From a bacterium (GTDB lineage Bacteria; Hinthialibacterota; Hinthialibacteria; Hinthialibacterales; Hinthialibacteraceae), in assembly GCA_041946805.1 (NCBI GenBank), contig JBHGBC010000021.1:1-53879 (forward strand): DNA of 53,879 nt. The letters are read 5' to 3'. Both the position numbers and the translations under genes were made by a program. The notes under the pieces are model-generated. The model was not told the DNA's origin, did no database searches, and saw only the letters and a list, made by a program, of their open reading frames with translations. Positions 20,608 through 29,808 of the stretch are shown piece after piece (the first letter of the stretch is position 1; each line of letters starts with the position of its first letter).

Positions 20608-22296
20608 ATGATGAAAACGATGGTCCAAACATTGGTAGTAATATCTTGCGTATCAGGTATTTCTAATGCGCAAGACACGCAGGTCAATCTCTTGGCGGGC
20701 GGCAAGGTGATCGCCTCGGGATACGAAGGCATCCCTCAATACATCTATGAGGGCGATTTCGACGACACGCCCTTTCTGACCCGCAACGGGCAGTTACAGG
20801 ATCCCGCCTACGTGGGAGTGTTGTCGAACCGCCGGATGAGCCTCACTTCGGCGGTTTTCTATGGCGGACCGGTTTATGAAGACGGCGGATGGTTCGATTC
20901 GGCCGCCAAGCCGGTGGAATTTCAGATCATGGCCAATCCGGGCGATCCCTGGACCACGGCCGCGGTGATCAGCACCTACCCATCGTTGAATGGAAGCGAC
21001 ATGGCCGCCGCCGCCGCGCACACGGACGGGAGATTCGAAGTGACATTCCCCGCGCCGGTTTCTTGTGTCGGATTGCGAGTGGCCGGCAAGGGCGCGCCGG
21101 GTGTCACGGACGGGCAATCATTTGTGTGCATCAACGAACTGCGGGCGTTTGGAACCTTGGGGGAAGCCGTGAACACCTACTCCCCGCCGCGTCTGCGGGG
21201 AGCGTTGCCCATTGCGTCCACCTTGCGGCATCCTCTGGAACGAGGTGTCGCGCCGGGGGATATGTTGATCGATGAAAACGTGGATACCTATGTGCGGTGC
21301 GAGGAACTGGAAGCGTTTGGTTTCAAGACCTTTTTCGGATTCTTCAGCGCCAATCCGCTGACCCTGAATTCGGTTTCGTTCATCCATGGCAAACTGGCCG
21401 TGGACGGGGGATGGTTCAACACGGAACAGGGCAATCCCGCGGTGGAAATCCGCCGGACATTGAAAGGCGCTTGGGAACCGGCGGGAACCATCGATATGTA
21501 TCCGAATACCGATGGTTTGACCCTCCGCGAAAATCTGCCCGCGGACATCGAAACCACGGAATACAAATACACTTTCACTACGCCGGTCCAGGTTTATGGT
21601 GTGCGGATCATTGGCAACGGATCGTTCAATGTCGATGAAACGCCCTTCGTGCAGGTCGGTGAGATGAAAATCGAGGGTATCGGAAATCCCGCATTCACGG
21701 GGGGCGTGGGTACCGGCTTCGATAAAAACGGGAATCCCTTCAAACCCACCAGCCAGGGCTTTATTTTCGTCGAAGCGGAATTCGGCCGGCCGTTCAACAA
21801 CGGTTTTACGATCATGCCCCATGGAGACGCGAACAACGGATATGTGGTCCAGGGCGCGTTCGGCCCGTCCTTCAACCAATATACGGGACAAGGCATCGAG
21901 TACGAGATCGAAGTGACCCAGGCGGGTGATTACGGCGTGTTCGCAGCCAGCGACGCGCCCAACACTTGGGGGGATTCGCTCTTCGTATCGTTCGATGAGA
22001 ATCCGGGAATCAATCCTGACAGCATCGCCAGCGGGGATATCACCTGGCGTCCTCCCGTGGATGTCAGTCCGGTCACCTTCGAGCGGGATTGGATCACGTC
22101 GGACACGTTGGGACAAGATTTTCAGGAGGTTTATACGTTGAGCGCGGGACGGCATATTCTCCGTTTCGGATTGCGTGAACCCCGGTATGCGATGGACTGG
22201 TTCGTCATCACGCCCAACCTGGACGAGGATATCACCGCGTTTCAACCGCCGGCCGGCGATCCTCCCACCGGCATCCAGGATTTTTCGATCTATTGA
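20608..22296 (+). CDS. Secreted hypothetical protein with two tandem beta-sandwich-like repeats and a C-terminal CBM-like domain
   Basis: Signal peptide, GGGGAGG RBS, internal duplication (DGGWF motif twice), FVEAE...GRHILRFGLRE..MDW CBM-like segment. Confidence 0.75.
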   Translation: MMKTMVQTLVVISCVSGISNAQDTQVNLLAGGKVIASGYEGIPQYIYEGDFDDTPFLTRNGQLQDPAYVGVLSNRRMSLTSAVFYGGPVYEDGGWFDSAAKPVEFQIMANPGDPWTTAAVISTYPSLNGSDMAAAAAHTDGRFEVTFPAPVSCVGLRVAGKGAPGVTDGQSFVCINELRAFGTLGEAVNTYSPPRLRGALPIASTLRHPLERGVAPGDMLIDENVDTYVRCEELEAFGFKTFFGFFSANPLTLNSVSFIHGKLAVDGGWFNTEQGNPAVEIRRTLKGAWEPAGTIDMYPNTDGLTLRENLPADIETTEYKYTFTTPVQVYGVRIIGNGSFNVDETPFVQVGEMKIEGIGNPAFTGGVGTGFDKNGNPFKPTSQGFIFVEAEFGRPFNNGFTIMPHGDANNGYVVQGAFGPSFNQYTGQGIEYEIEVTQAGDYGVFAASDAPNTWGDSLFVSFDENPGINPDSIASGDITWRPPVDVSPVTFERDWITSDTLGQDFQEVYTLSAGRHILRFGLREPRYAMDWFVITPNLDEDITAFQPPAGDPPTGIQDFSIY

Positions 22297-22334
22297 GATT
22301 CCAATTGGTATTGAGTTCGTTCCGGCATTGAAAG

Positions 22335-22361
22335 GCGCATCCCCGTGGATGCGTTTTTTTT
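22335..22361 (+). terminator. Intrinsic terminator
   Basis: GCGCATCC-CCGT-GGATGCGT followed by a T run. Confidence 0.7.
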
Positions 22362-22442
22362 ATGATGCGTGGCATCCTTTAATCTCCTGCCAATCCAAAT
22401 CTAGCGCGAAGCGTAATAAAACCGCATTCTCGGGATTCTACG

Positions 22443-22471
22443 TTGACATCCACCAACTGTTTTGATACAAC
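22443..22471 (+). promoter_or_regulatory. Candidate sigma70 promoter
   Basis: TTGACA-17 nt-TACAAC with extended TGn. Confidence 0.45.
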
Positions 22472-22541
22472 AGATCCGGTTATGTGCTTGACCGTATATA
22501 TCCGTTTCATCATTCCAAACCAAGGTAAGGAGGGTACGCGT

Positions 22542-23984
22542 ATGAAGAATCGAAGAACAACGATTTGGATGGCCGTCCTGGGACTCATCGTGTTGCAAGG
22601 GTCCGCGTTCGGCGCTGGAGAAGGGTATTTCAAATTCGATACATTCGCCAACAACATCCAGTTCACCGACGACAGCGGGATGGGAATGAAGGGACTCCTG
22701 GGAAAACCTTTCAGCACGCCCACCAGTTCCACCGGAGTATCGGGCGGCGCGAGTGACAAGGCGGTCACGTTCGATGGCCGGGGCGCGCTGGTGGTGGATG
22801 ATTCCGCCGCGAAGGCGCTCAATGTCCTGCAGCCTCCCATCACCGTGGAGTGCTGGGTCCGCTCCTCGGTGGAGCAACTTGCGGGGCATTTCGGGTTTGT
22901 CAGTTACGGTATCCCCGGCGGCCAGCCGGGCGGCGGCGGGTATAAATTGGGGATCCGGGACGGCAACCTGTTGTTCACCCTGTTTGCCGTGGTGGATGTG
23001 GGCACCGACGTGCCCTTTCCCTTTGATGGCGCCTGGCATCACATAGCCGCGGTGTATTCGGTGGATGGCGGCGGCGTCACGTTTTATATGGACGGCGTGG
23101 AAGTGGCGTACGTGGCGGAAACCCGGAATATGAACGCCCCGGGAGCCAACGAATTGGATATCGGGTCGCAATATACCGCGCTGGGCCGTTTTCAGGGCGA
23201 TATCGACCGCGTGCGTATCTCCAACGCCGCCTTGGCGCTGGACCAACTCGATAGCGTGGCCGCCACGCCCAAGCCGGTGGCCGCCTCCACGTTGGCCTAT
23301 TTCAGTTTTGACGAAGGCGCGATTCCCTACGTCTGCCAGGGAGCCGCATCCAGTCTCTCGGCGATTTCCGTAGTGGACTGGGTAAAAACCAATCCGCCCA
23401 AGCGCTCGGACGGAGTGCCCACGATTGCCACCGACACACCTTCCGGGGCCGCGGGAGACACTTCGCTACAGTTCACCGGAACGCAGATCGCGTTCGTGGA
23501 AGACTCGAACGGAGTGCTGAACGCAACCGGCGACTGGACTGTCGAAGCCTGGGTCAAGACGGACTTCAATACTGATGTAGAGCGGATGATGATATTCTAT
23601 TACGGCAATCCGGGACACGGCTATTCCATGTCGATCAACATCACGGACGGTAATGTGTTGCAAGTGACGACCTTGGGAATCGCCGATCTGCCCTCGACCC
23701 TCGGCGTGGTTGAACCGGATGTGTGGACCCACCTGGCCGTGGTGCATAGGGCGGGAACCTCGTTGTCGTATTACGCCAATGGCGTGGAAAAGGAAACGAA
23801 CGCCTATACCAGCGGGACCAACGCGGCCGAGATTCAGACTTTGTATATCGGCGCGGAACACAACGGCGGATTGCCCTTCACGGGATTCATCGACCGGATC
23901 CGGATCAGCACCTCCGCCCTGGAACCGAGCCAGTTCGATTCCAATCCCGCTCCCACGGCCTTGGGAGCGTGGGATCTGTTTTGA
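22542..23984 (+). CDS. Secreted protein with two LamG/concanavalin-A-like jellyroll domains
   Basis: Signal peptide after AAGGAGG; ITVECWV..WHHIAAV..YMDG..IGS..FQGDIDRVRIS and WTVEAWV..WTHLAVV..IGA..FTGFIDRIRIS. Confidence 0.85.
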   Translation: MKNRRTTIWMAVLGLIVLQGSAFGAGEGYFKFDTFANNIQFTDDSGMGMKGLLGKPFSTPTSSTGVSGGASDKAVTFDGRGALVVDDSAAKALNVLQPPITVECWVRSSVEQLAGHFGFVSYGIPGGQPGGGGYKLGIRDGNLLFTLFAVVDVGTDVPFPFDGAWHHIAAVYSVDGGGVTFYMDGVEVAYVAETRNMNAPGANELDIGSQYTALGRFQGDIDRVRISNAALALDQLDSVAATPKPVAASTLAYFSFDEGAIPYVCQGAASSLSAISVVDWVKTNPPKRSDGVPTIATDTPSGAAGDTSLQFTGTQIAFVEDSNGVLNATGDWTVEAWVKTDFNTDVERMMIFYYGNPGHGYSMSINITDGNVLQVTTLGIADLPSTLGVVEPDVWTHLAVVHRAGTSLSYYANGVEKETNAYTSGTNAAEIQTLYIGAEHNGGLPFTGFIDRIRISTSALEPSQFDSNPAPTALGAWDLF

Positions 23985-24015
23985 TTGATTGTTTCTGAGT
24001 GATTCTGATTGTTAT

Positions 24016-24053
24016 AACGGGGGAGGCGCAAGGCGGGCCTCCCCCGTTGTTAT
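24016..24053. terminator. Hairpin, probable terminator
   Basis: AACGGGGGAGGC...GCCTCCCCCGTT 12-bp stem followed by GTTATT. Confidence 0.65.
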
Positions 24054-24119
24054 TCAATGACTATTCGGGATCTGATTGTTGAATGGTGAAAAAGTGATCA
24101 TATCCTGGTAGATTCAGAA

Positions 24120-24186
24120 AACCTCCCCCGAAACACATTCTTTCACCCTAGCCCTCTCCCAGAGGGAGAGGGGATTGGGGGAGGTT
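24120..24186. repeat. REP-like CCCTC family copy nested in an outer inverted repeat
   Basis: tcaccctagccctctcccagagggagagggg (24143-24173) flanked by AACCTCCCCC / GGGGGAGGTT. Confidence 0.75.
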
Positions 24187-24285
24187 CTCATCAATCCGCC
24201 CGATCGAGCGTGTGGAACGTATTCTGGAAAAAAATCGTGCTTATCCAAGAAGAATCTTTTTACTGCCATCTGTAATCCATTTTCT

Positions 24286-25428
24286 TCAATTGACAACCTG
24301 CTCGAGCACGGCAAAGTCGCCGGGATTCCACGCCTGCAGGACGATATACAACTTGTCCTGGCAGCGGGTGAGAACGGCGTTATGCACATGCTGGAAACGT
24401 TCGAGGCCCAATTCCTCCTTGGGCATGATGGTTGAGATCACCTGACCATCCTTCATGATGTACACCGGCGCGCCTTTATCCTTGCCGGGGCCTTGCAGGC
24501 AGGGAACCAGCGCGAGCCCCTCCAGGAAATCGATATCGCAAGGATAAGCTCCTTCCGGCAAGTGGATCGTATCGCGATAGTGGCCGTGGCGGGTGTAGCG
24601 CTCGATCTCCGCCACCGGCCGGTCCGCCACGTCCAGCCGCTTGCCGTTCAGTTCCGCGGTGATCCCATGGCCGGTTTGCAGTTGGCCCGGCCCGGTTCCC
24701 TTGCCGCCGAAGGCGAGGTCATGCCACGCGGCCGTTAATGGCGCTTCGCTCACCTGGGCCGTCAAGACATAGTCCAGATCGGAGTACCCCGTGGTGATGT
24801 AATAGAGATGATCGAGATACGCCACATCCGTGGGCGCGAATTTGCCTTGGTTCTTGAAATAATCGTTGACCTTGGTTTCGTCGAAATCGGTTTCGGCGGA
24901 CGGCGCGTCCAGTACGGAAAGCAGGGTCCCATCGAGCGAGGTCGTGAAGACTTTCCCGATGTCGTTGGCGGGGAACACCAGCCGCGCCGTACCGTCCTCC
25001 GCATACCAGATGGTGGTGTTGTGAAGGTTGGTCTCCTTCATGACTTCGGGAGTGGGGAGGATCCCGGCGGTCTTGCAATCCGGACTCAGGCGGATGATCC
25101 CCGCGCCGGGCAGGGCGAAATAGATCTCGCCACGGCCTTCACGCCGGTCGACGGCAAATCCACCGTGGGCTTTTTCGAGGACCGCCTGCGCTTCCGGGGG
25201 CAGGATATCGCGGCGGAACAACACACGGAAACGATACTCACCCTGCCCGCTGACCGCGTTCGAGACGGAAACCGATTCAGCCGCAGCCAGGGCATGCTCC
25301 GCGCCCTCGGCAGGGGTAGCCGTTTCGGACACGATCCCATGCAAATCATGGGCATCCACGCCGGGAGGCGAAGCCAGGACAGCTAAGAGCCATGCGCGCA
25401 CGATCCATACATACCATTTTGATTTCAT
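24286..25428 (-). CDS. Secreted His-rich beta-propeller (NHL-repeat-like) protein
   Basis: Signal peptide; FGGKGTGPGQLQTGHGI, PTDVAY, VADR, PCDIDF NHL-like blades. Confidence 0.65.
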   Translation of the reverse strand: MKSKWYVWIVRAWLLAVLASPPGVDAHDLHGIVSETATPAEGAEHALAAAESVSVSNAVSGQGEYRFRVLFRRDILPPEAQAVLEKAHGGFAVDRREGRGEIYFALPGAGIIRLSPDCKTAGILPTPEVMKETNLHNTTIWYAEDGTARLVFPANDIGKVFTTSLDGTLLSVLDAPSAETDFDETKVNDYFKNQGKFAPTDVAYLDHLYYITTGYSDLDYVLTAQVSEAPLTAAWHDLAFGGKGTGPGQLQTGHGITAELNGKRLDVADRPVAEIERYTRHGHYRDTIHLPEGAYPCDIDFLEGLALVPCLQGPGKDKGAPVYIMKDGQVISTIMPKEELGLERFQHVHNAVLTRCQDKLYIVLQAWNPGDFAVLEQVVN

Positions 25429-25694
25429 CGGAATCCCCTTTTTGGTTTTGGAACTAGTGACGAACCGGCGGGAAATAAAACGGGAATAAAGCCGAGGATG
25501 GTATTGCCAGCGTCCAAGTGAACTGATAGTTTACCAAGTTTATCGATCGAATCAACATCGGATGGACGGAGACACCCAAAGGGAAAACCAAATTCGATTG
25601 ACGGCCAACACTTGATCGTGAGAGAATATCCGATCAAAGCAGATATCTCTCCGCCAGTCCCGGCCAGGGAAGCGCGAGAAAGACGGAGGTGTAC

Positions 25695-26228
25695 ATGATG
25701 CGCAAGGGATTTACGTTGATCGAGCTGTTGATCGTAGTGGCCATCATCGGGATCCTGGCGGCGATCGCGGTGCCCAATTTTCTGAACGCCCAGGTCCGCG
25801 CCAAGCTGGCCGCGTATCAATCCAACGCCCGCAACCTGGGGCAGGCGTATGTCATGTACAAAATGGACCGCAACGAATGGCCGCCGCACATCGACGGCGA
25901 TGCCGCCCAGCACCGGTTCGTCACCACGCCGATCTCGTATCTCTCCACCTCGATTTACGATCCCTTCCAGGTTGGTTTGACGGCGCAACAAGAACCTACG
26001 GTGGTGAACACGCGCAATCAATACCACATGGAGCCCGCCGCATTGCCGATTTCCTGGTTTGCCTCGACGAAAGGACGGTATATCAAGTTTTACCAGGATC
26101 TGCAACAATGCCAGTACACCGTGCTTTCGTACGGGCCGGACCGGAAGTGGCAATCCAATGAGCTGTACGACGGCAGCAATGGGACGGTCAGCATGGGGGA
26201 TCTCTTCATGCCGGTATATGGGAAATGA
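25695..26228 (+). CDS. Prepilin-type N-terminal cleavage/methylation domain protein (stand-alone GspG/pilin-like)
   Basis: RKG|FTLIELLIVVAIIGILAAIAVPNF class III signal; GGAGG RBS. Confidence 0.9.
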   Translation: MMRKGFTLIELLIVVAIIGILAAIAVPNFLNAQVRAKLAAYQSNARNLGQAYVMYKMDRNEWPPHIDGDAAQHRFVTTPISYLSTSIYDPFQVGLTAQQEPTVVNTRNQYHMEPAALPISWFASTKGRYIKFYQDLQQCQYTVLSYGPDRKWQSNELYDGSNGTVSMGDLFMPVYGK

Positions 26229-26278
26229 GGCCGGGGAGGGGTAGGATGCAACCTTGATCTGAGAAAACGACACAGACC

Positions 26279-26306
26279 GTAGGGGCACGTTGCAACATGC
26301 CCCTAC
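26279..26306. repeat. GTAG-type REP palindrome
   Basis: GTAGGGGCACGTTGCAACATGCCCCTAC. Confidence 0.7.
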
Positions 26307-26324
26307 TTTTTGATGCTTATGTAT

Positions 26325-26575
26325 TAGGTTCTGTTGAGTTTTTCTAACATATTACAAAATAACGATTTGCATCTACTTACCGGAGTGCAAGAAATATTCC
26401 ATTGGGCGCTCTTTCCGGGCTTCCCTCACCCTAACCCTCTCCCGGAGGGAGAGGGGATTATTTACTTTTCTCACATCCAACCCAGAGCTTACGCCCTGGG
26501 CTTTGCTCATGCCGCGCCGTTGGCGCTCAAGAAAAACAAGACTACATCTGGGTTACGTAATCTCAACAGGACCTA
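26325..26575. mobile_element. MITE-like element, family B
   Basis: Ends TAGGTTCTGTTGAG / CTCAACAGGACCTA are inverted repeats; internal REP modules; related inverted copy at 33180-33576; non-coding. Confidence 0.65.
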
Positions 26576-27835
26576 GGGATTCCTCGCATGAGGAAACACC
26601 AACTCGCTGGATACCACCGCGCCGCGTTCGTCGGTTACGGTGAGGAACCAGATCGTGATGGCTTCTTCGGGAAGGGTTGCGGAAATACGTTTTCCATTAA
26701 TCCCGGCTGGAACGCTTGTCCAGTTCCGCTTGGCGTTTTCCACGCGGACCGGGTCCATCGTGTAATGCAACTCCGCGGATTTCAATGCCGTTTTGGTCCG
26801 GACGCGCGCCTGGACTTCATTCTGCTGGATTTTAACGGAATGGATCAACGGCAATGGAACGCCTTTTTTCAGGTACTGGCCGATGAAAATCTGAATTTCC
26901 GGGGGACGGTCGAAAATATGTCCGTGATCCAATTCCGGGGTGAAACGGATATTTTTTGAACATTTCACCCGGGCGTAGGTCTTGGCGTAACTGTCGGGGG
27001 GATACGCGAAATCCTTGCCTCCATTCACGAAAAGCATGGGCATAGCCGCCGATCCGACATACTGCGAGGGATCCCACAGCCGCACCCATTGATCGCGTTG
27101 CGCTGGCGTGGCTTTATTCTCGAACCAGTCCCGCCAGACGCTGTTTTCATGCAGAAAACCACATCCATAAACCGGCACGGCGGCCTGGAAGCGGTTATCC
27201 AAGCCGGCCACGATACAAGTCAGGTATCCTCCCCAACTGATGCCGGTGACCGCCGTGCGGCGGGGATCGACTTCCAGAAACGACCGGATCAGCGAATGCG
27301 CGAGTATGACATCGGCCACGGCATGGTAGGGCCATTGCTCATTCACGGGACGATCGATCCGGCCGAAGGCGGTTTCTTCGTTCTGCTCCGGGCCGCCGGA
27401 GGGCAGCGGTTCCTTATCGGTTCCCCGGCCCTCGAGATCCATGGCGATGGCGGCGTATCCCCGCCGCGCCCATAGCTCGGCCCATTGCGGGAATGCCCTC
27501 CCGCCTCCGCCATGAACCAGAACCACCGCGGGCAAGTTCTGGTCCAGGGTGGGATCTCCGGCCAACCGCCCGGGCGTGGCGTAATAGGCGAACACCTTCG
27601 TGGGCTGCTTGGTTTGGTAAGGCAATCCCTCATACAGGAGCGGACGGACCGGAGAGGTTGAGTCCAGCCATTGGAACGACGGTGGCTGGCTGAGGGCTTT
27701 CAGATCCCACGGAGTGGATTCCGGTAAGGAGGCCGCGGGGTGGATGCGGTCGACTCGTCGTTCCCCTGGGCATGCGGGCAAGACGATAGAGCCAATCCAT
27801 AACGTCAACCATGCGGTTTTGAGGAAGGATTTCAT
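26573..27835 (-). CDS. Exported alpha/beta hydrolase (acetyl-xylan-esterase/dienelactone-hydrolase-like), possible lipoprotein
   Basis: VLVHGGGG, GISWGG nucleophile, PVYGCGF, NGGKD, DHGH; LPAC at the end of the signal peptide. Confidence 0.8.
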   Translation of the reverse strand: MKSFLKTAWLTLWIGSIVLPACPGERRVDRIHPAASLPESTPWDLKALSQPPSFQWLDSTSPVRPLLYEGLPYQTKQPTKVFAYYATPGRLAGDPTLDQNLPAVVLVHGGGGRAFPQWAELWARRGYAAIAMDLEGRGTDKEPLPSGGPEQNEETAFGRIDRPVNEQWPYHAVADVILAHSLIRSFLEVDPRRTAVTGISWGGYLTCIVAGLDNRFQAAVPVYGCGFLHENSVWRDWFENKATPAQRDQWVRLWDPSQYVGSAAMPMLFVNGGKDFAYPPDSYAKTYARVKCSKNIRFTPELDHGHIFDRPPEIQIFIGQYLKKGVPLPLIHSVKIQQNEVQARVRTKTALKSAELHYTMDPVRVENAKRNWTSVPAGINGKRISATLPEEAITIWFLTVTDERGAVVSSELVFPHARNP

Positions 27836-27860
27836 ACTGGTACACCGTCATCATATTTAT

Positions 27861-27990
27861 GGTTCATTCGGGAAATGAATACGGGATAGTGAATCCGGTA
27901 TTCAATGCAGTCTCATTATCCGGGCGAGCGCCAAGGTCCGCCCAACAAAACTCCCTCACCGTAACCCTCTCCCAGAGGGAAAGGGAATTA
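27861..27990. mobile_element. Degenerate MITE-like element, family A (right end unresolved)
   Basis: GGTTCATTCGGGAAATGAATAC resembles the family A TIR; same module order (CCAAGGTCCGCCC, then CAAAA-CCCTC...CCCAGAGGGA.AGGGAATT) as 43874-44076 reversed. Confidence 0.5.
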
Positions 27991-28079
27991 TTACTTTTGT
28001 GATCAGGATGGAATGTACGCCGCACGCTGATCCATTCCATAGATACTGCTTTGTTAATACCGATTTTCCTGGTAACAGC

Positions 28080-29558
28080 TCAACTCAATAATTCTCTCCG
28101 CGCCGCGTTCACGATACGGTCCACTTCTTTCACGAAAGTGGGGTTCGGCTCGATTTGCGGCTGGGCGGCCACCCGTTCGCGCCAGGCCTGGTCGGCTTCC
28201 TGGAGCAGCCGCTGGTCACATGGCTCCACAAGCAGTGTGTGATCGCAATACGTGCGGTCGAAGAATTTCGGGTACCAGCCGCCCTTCCGGTAATGGTCCC
28301 GCGTGTGTTCCGTCTCCAAGTAAGTGCGGTGTTGGCAGAATTCCAGGCTGTTGATCAGATCCACCGCGCAGGATTCTTCTGTGATTTCGATGCCGCGGTG
28401 GAATTTGTAGACCGCCTCGTTCATTTCCAAATCGATCATGGCCTGGGTGGGTGAGAAGACCGCGGCATTGTCCAGCGCGCCGATGGGTAATGGCAGGCTG
28501 ACCGTGCTTCCGAAGGCCATCTGGCGGTAGGTTTTCATGAAGGCCGCCTGCGGCCCGGGGGTTTTGGCTTCCACATAACCCGGCTCCACGTTGTGGACGA
28601 GGCCGTAGCGGGAACGAAAGAGTTGATGTAACGCCACATCGGTGAGAATCGCCGCCGGGGTGCAATAGCAGACCTGGGAGGTCTTCATGTCCATCTCGCC
28701 GGAGATGCTGGTGGAGAAATAAAACACGTCGGGATCAATCAAAGTGGCGGCGGTCATGCAACCGAGGATTTCGGCGGCGGCCACGATCGCCGCGCCGGCC
28801 GGAGTCACGGGGGCGGTGGCCCCCAGGATGGGCATGGGGGCGAAATTGACCGGGAAACCGCAGGGCAAGGCGGCTTCCAGCACCTCGCAGGAACGCTGGT
28901 CGAGTTTCAAGGGCGAGGTGGTGCAATACGCGGCCACGAACACCGGCGGCTGCGAGCGCAGGAGGTCGGAATCATCCCGCGTGACCAGCGAGGCCAGTTC
29001 CGCCAGGTATTTCACTTCCCGGCCCGAGCTGGTCCCGGCCCAACCCGGTTTTCGAGTATTCAGCAATAGCAGCCGGGCGGATTCGATGGTCTCGATACGG
29101 GGATCGAAATCCGCGCAGATCAGCGGGGCGTTGACAGCTTTCACGGCCGGCAAGGCGTTGCCCAGCTGGATCATGTCGATCTGGTCCTGGATGGAGGGCT
29201 TGCGGTAGCATGCCTGGGGAAAGTCGTAGATCCAGGGCGTGGCATAGCCGTAATCCACGGTGAATTCCCCGGGAATCGCGGCGTCATCGTCCGGCAGGGA
29301 ATGGCAGAACGGATACCAGAGCGACGAGCGGACCATATGGTACCGGCCGCGCTGCCCGGCGATCTGCCGTTCAACCAGATCCGGCGGAAACCAGGCGCGG
29401 CGGGCGGCGAAATCCACCCGGCAGCCGGCGTCCGCCAGGGCGCGGAGGAGAAATTCCCCCTGGATTTGCAGGCCGGTCCGTTCCAGCACCGCGAGCGCGC
29501 CCGCGTGCAGGCGGTCCATGTGGCCATCGTCGAAAATTTTCAGCAAGCCCTTGAGCAT
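28080..29558 (-). CDS. Trimethylamine methyltransferase (MttB) superfamily protein, non-pyrrolysine type
   Basis: LHAGALAVLERTG, TSPLKLD, PMPILGATAPVTPAG, AEILG, DMKTS, EAKTPGPQAA, YLETEHT motifs; no in-frame TAG. Confidence 0.85.
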   Translation of the reverse strand: MLKGLLKIFDDGHMDRLHAGALAVLERTGLQIQGEFLLRALADAGCRVDFAARRAWFPPDLVERQIAGQRGRYHMVRSSLWYPFCHSLPDDDAAIPGEFTVDYGYATPWIYDFPQACYRKPSIQDQIDMIQLGNALPAVKAVNAPLICADFDPRIETIESARLLLLNTRKPGWAGTSSGREVKYLAELASLVTRDDSDLLRSQPPVFVAAYCTTSPLKLDQRSCEVLEAALPCGFPVNFAPMPILGATAPVTPAGAAIVAAAEILGCMTAATLIDPDVFYFSTSISGEMDMKTSQVCYCTPAAILTDVALHQLFRSRYGLVHNVEPGYVEAKTPGPQAAFMKTYRQMAFGSTVSLPLPIGALDNAAVFSPTQAMIDLEMNEAVYKFHRGIEITEESCAVDLINSLEFCQHRTYLETEHTRDHYRKGGWYPKFFDRTYCDHTLLVEPCDQRLLQEADQAWRERVAAQPQIEPNPTFVKEVDRIVNAARRELLS

Positions 29559-29584
29559 GGTGAATCCATCAATCCAAAGAATCC

Positions 29585-29737
29585 GGACGGACACCCTGGT
29601 CCGCCCTTGCCCTACCTCCTCACCCGGCCCTTCTCCACAAGGGGAGAGAGAAGACGGGAGGGCGAACCTCCAAGGTGAGCCGTATAAAGTCGAAGATCTT
29701 GCATGAAAGATCGGCTCGGCAGGCGCCTCGCCCTTCC
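29585..29737. repeat. Cluster of REP-like elements
   Basis: GGACGGACACCCTGGTCCGCCC, degenerate CCTCACCCGGCCCTTCTCC..GGGGAGAG, and inverted pair GGGAGGGCGA..GAGCCG (29656-29682) / CGGCTC..TCGCCCTTCC (29712-29737). Confidence 0.65.
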
Positions 29738-29808
29738 ATCCTGCAATCCTTCATCTAACGTGGGTGGGCCGGGTCACGCTTTAAGCCAATCTGGTTTGGA
29801 TGATTTCC

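Noticed and set aside
25570..25680. AAGGGAAAACC upstream of the orphan pilin resembling a c-di-GMP-I riboswitch start
   Set aside because: The GAAA tetraloop stem, GACGCAAAGC segment and second hairpin could not be found; an Rfam cmscan would be needed.
28080..29558. Possible pyrrolysine recoding in the MttB-family gene
   Set aside because: The ORF is full length with no internal amber codon, and no pyl genes are present in the window.
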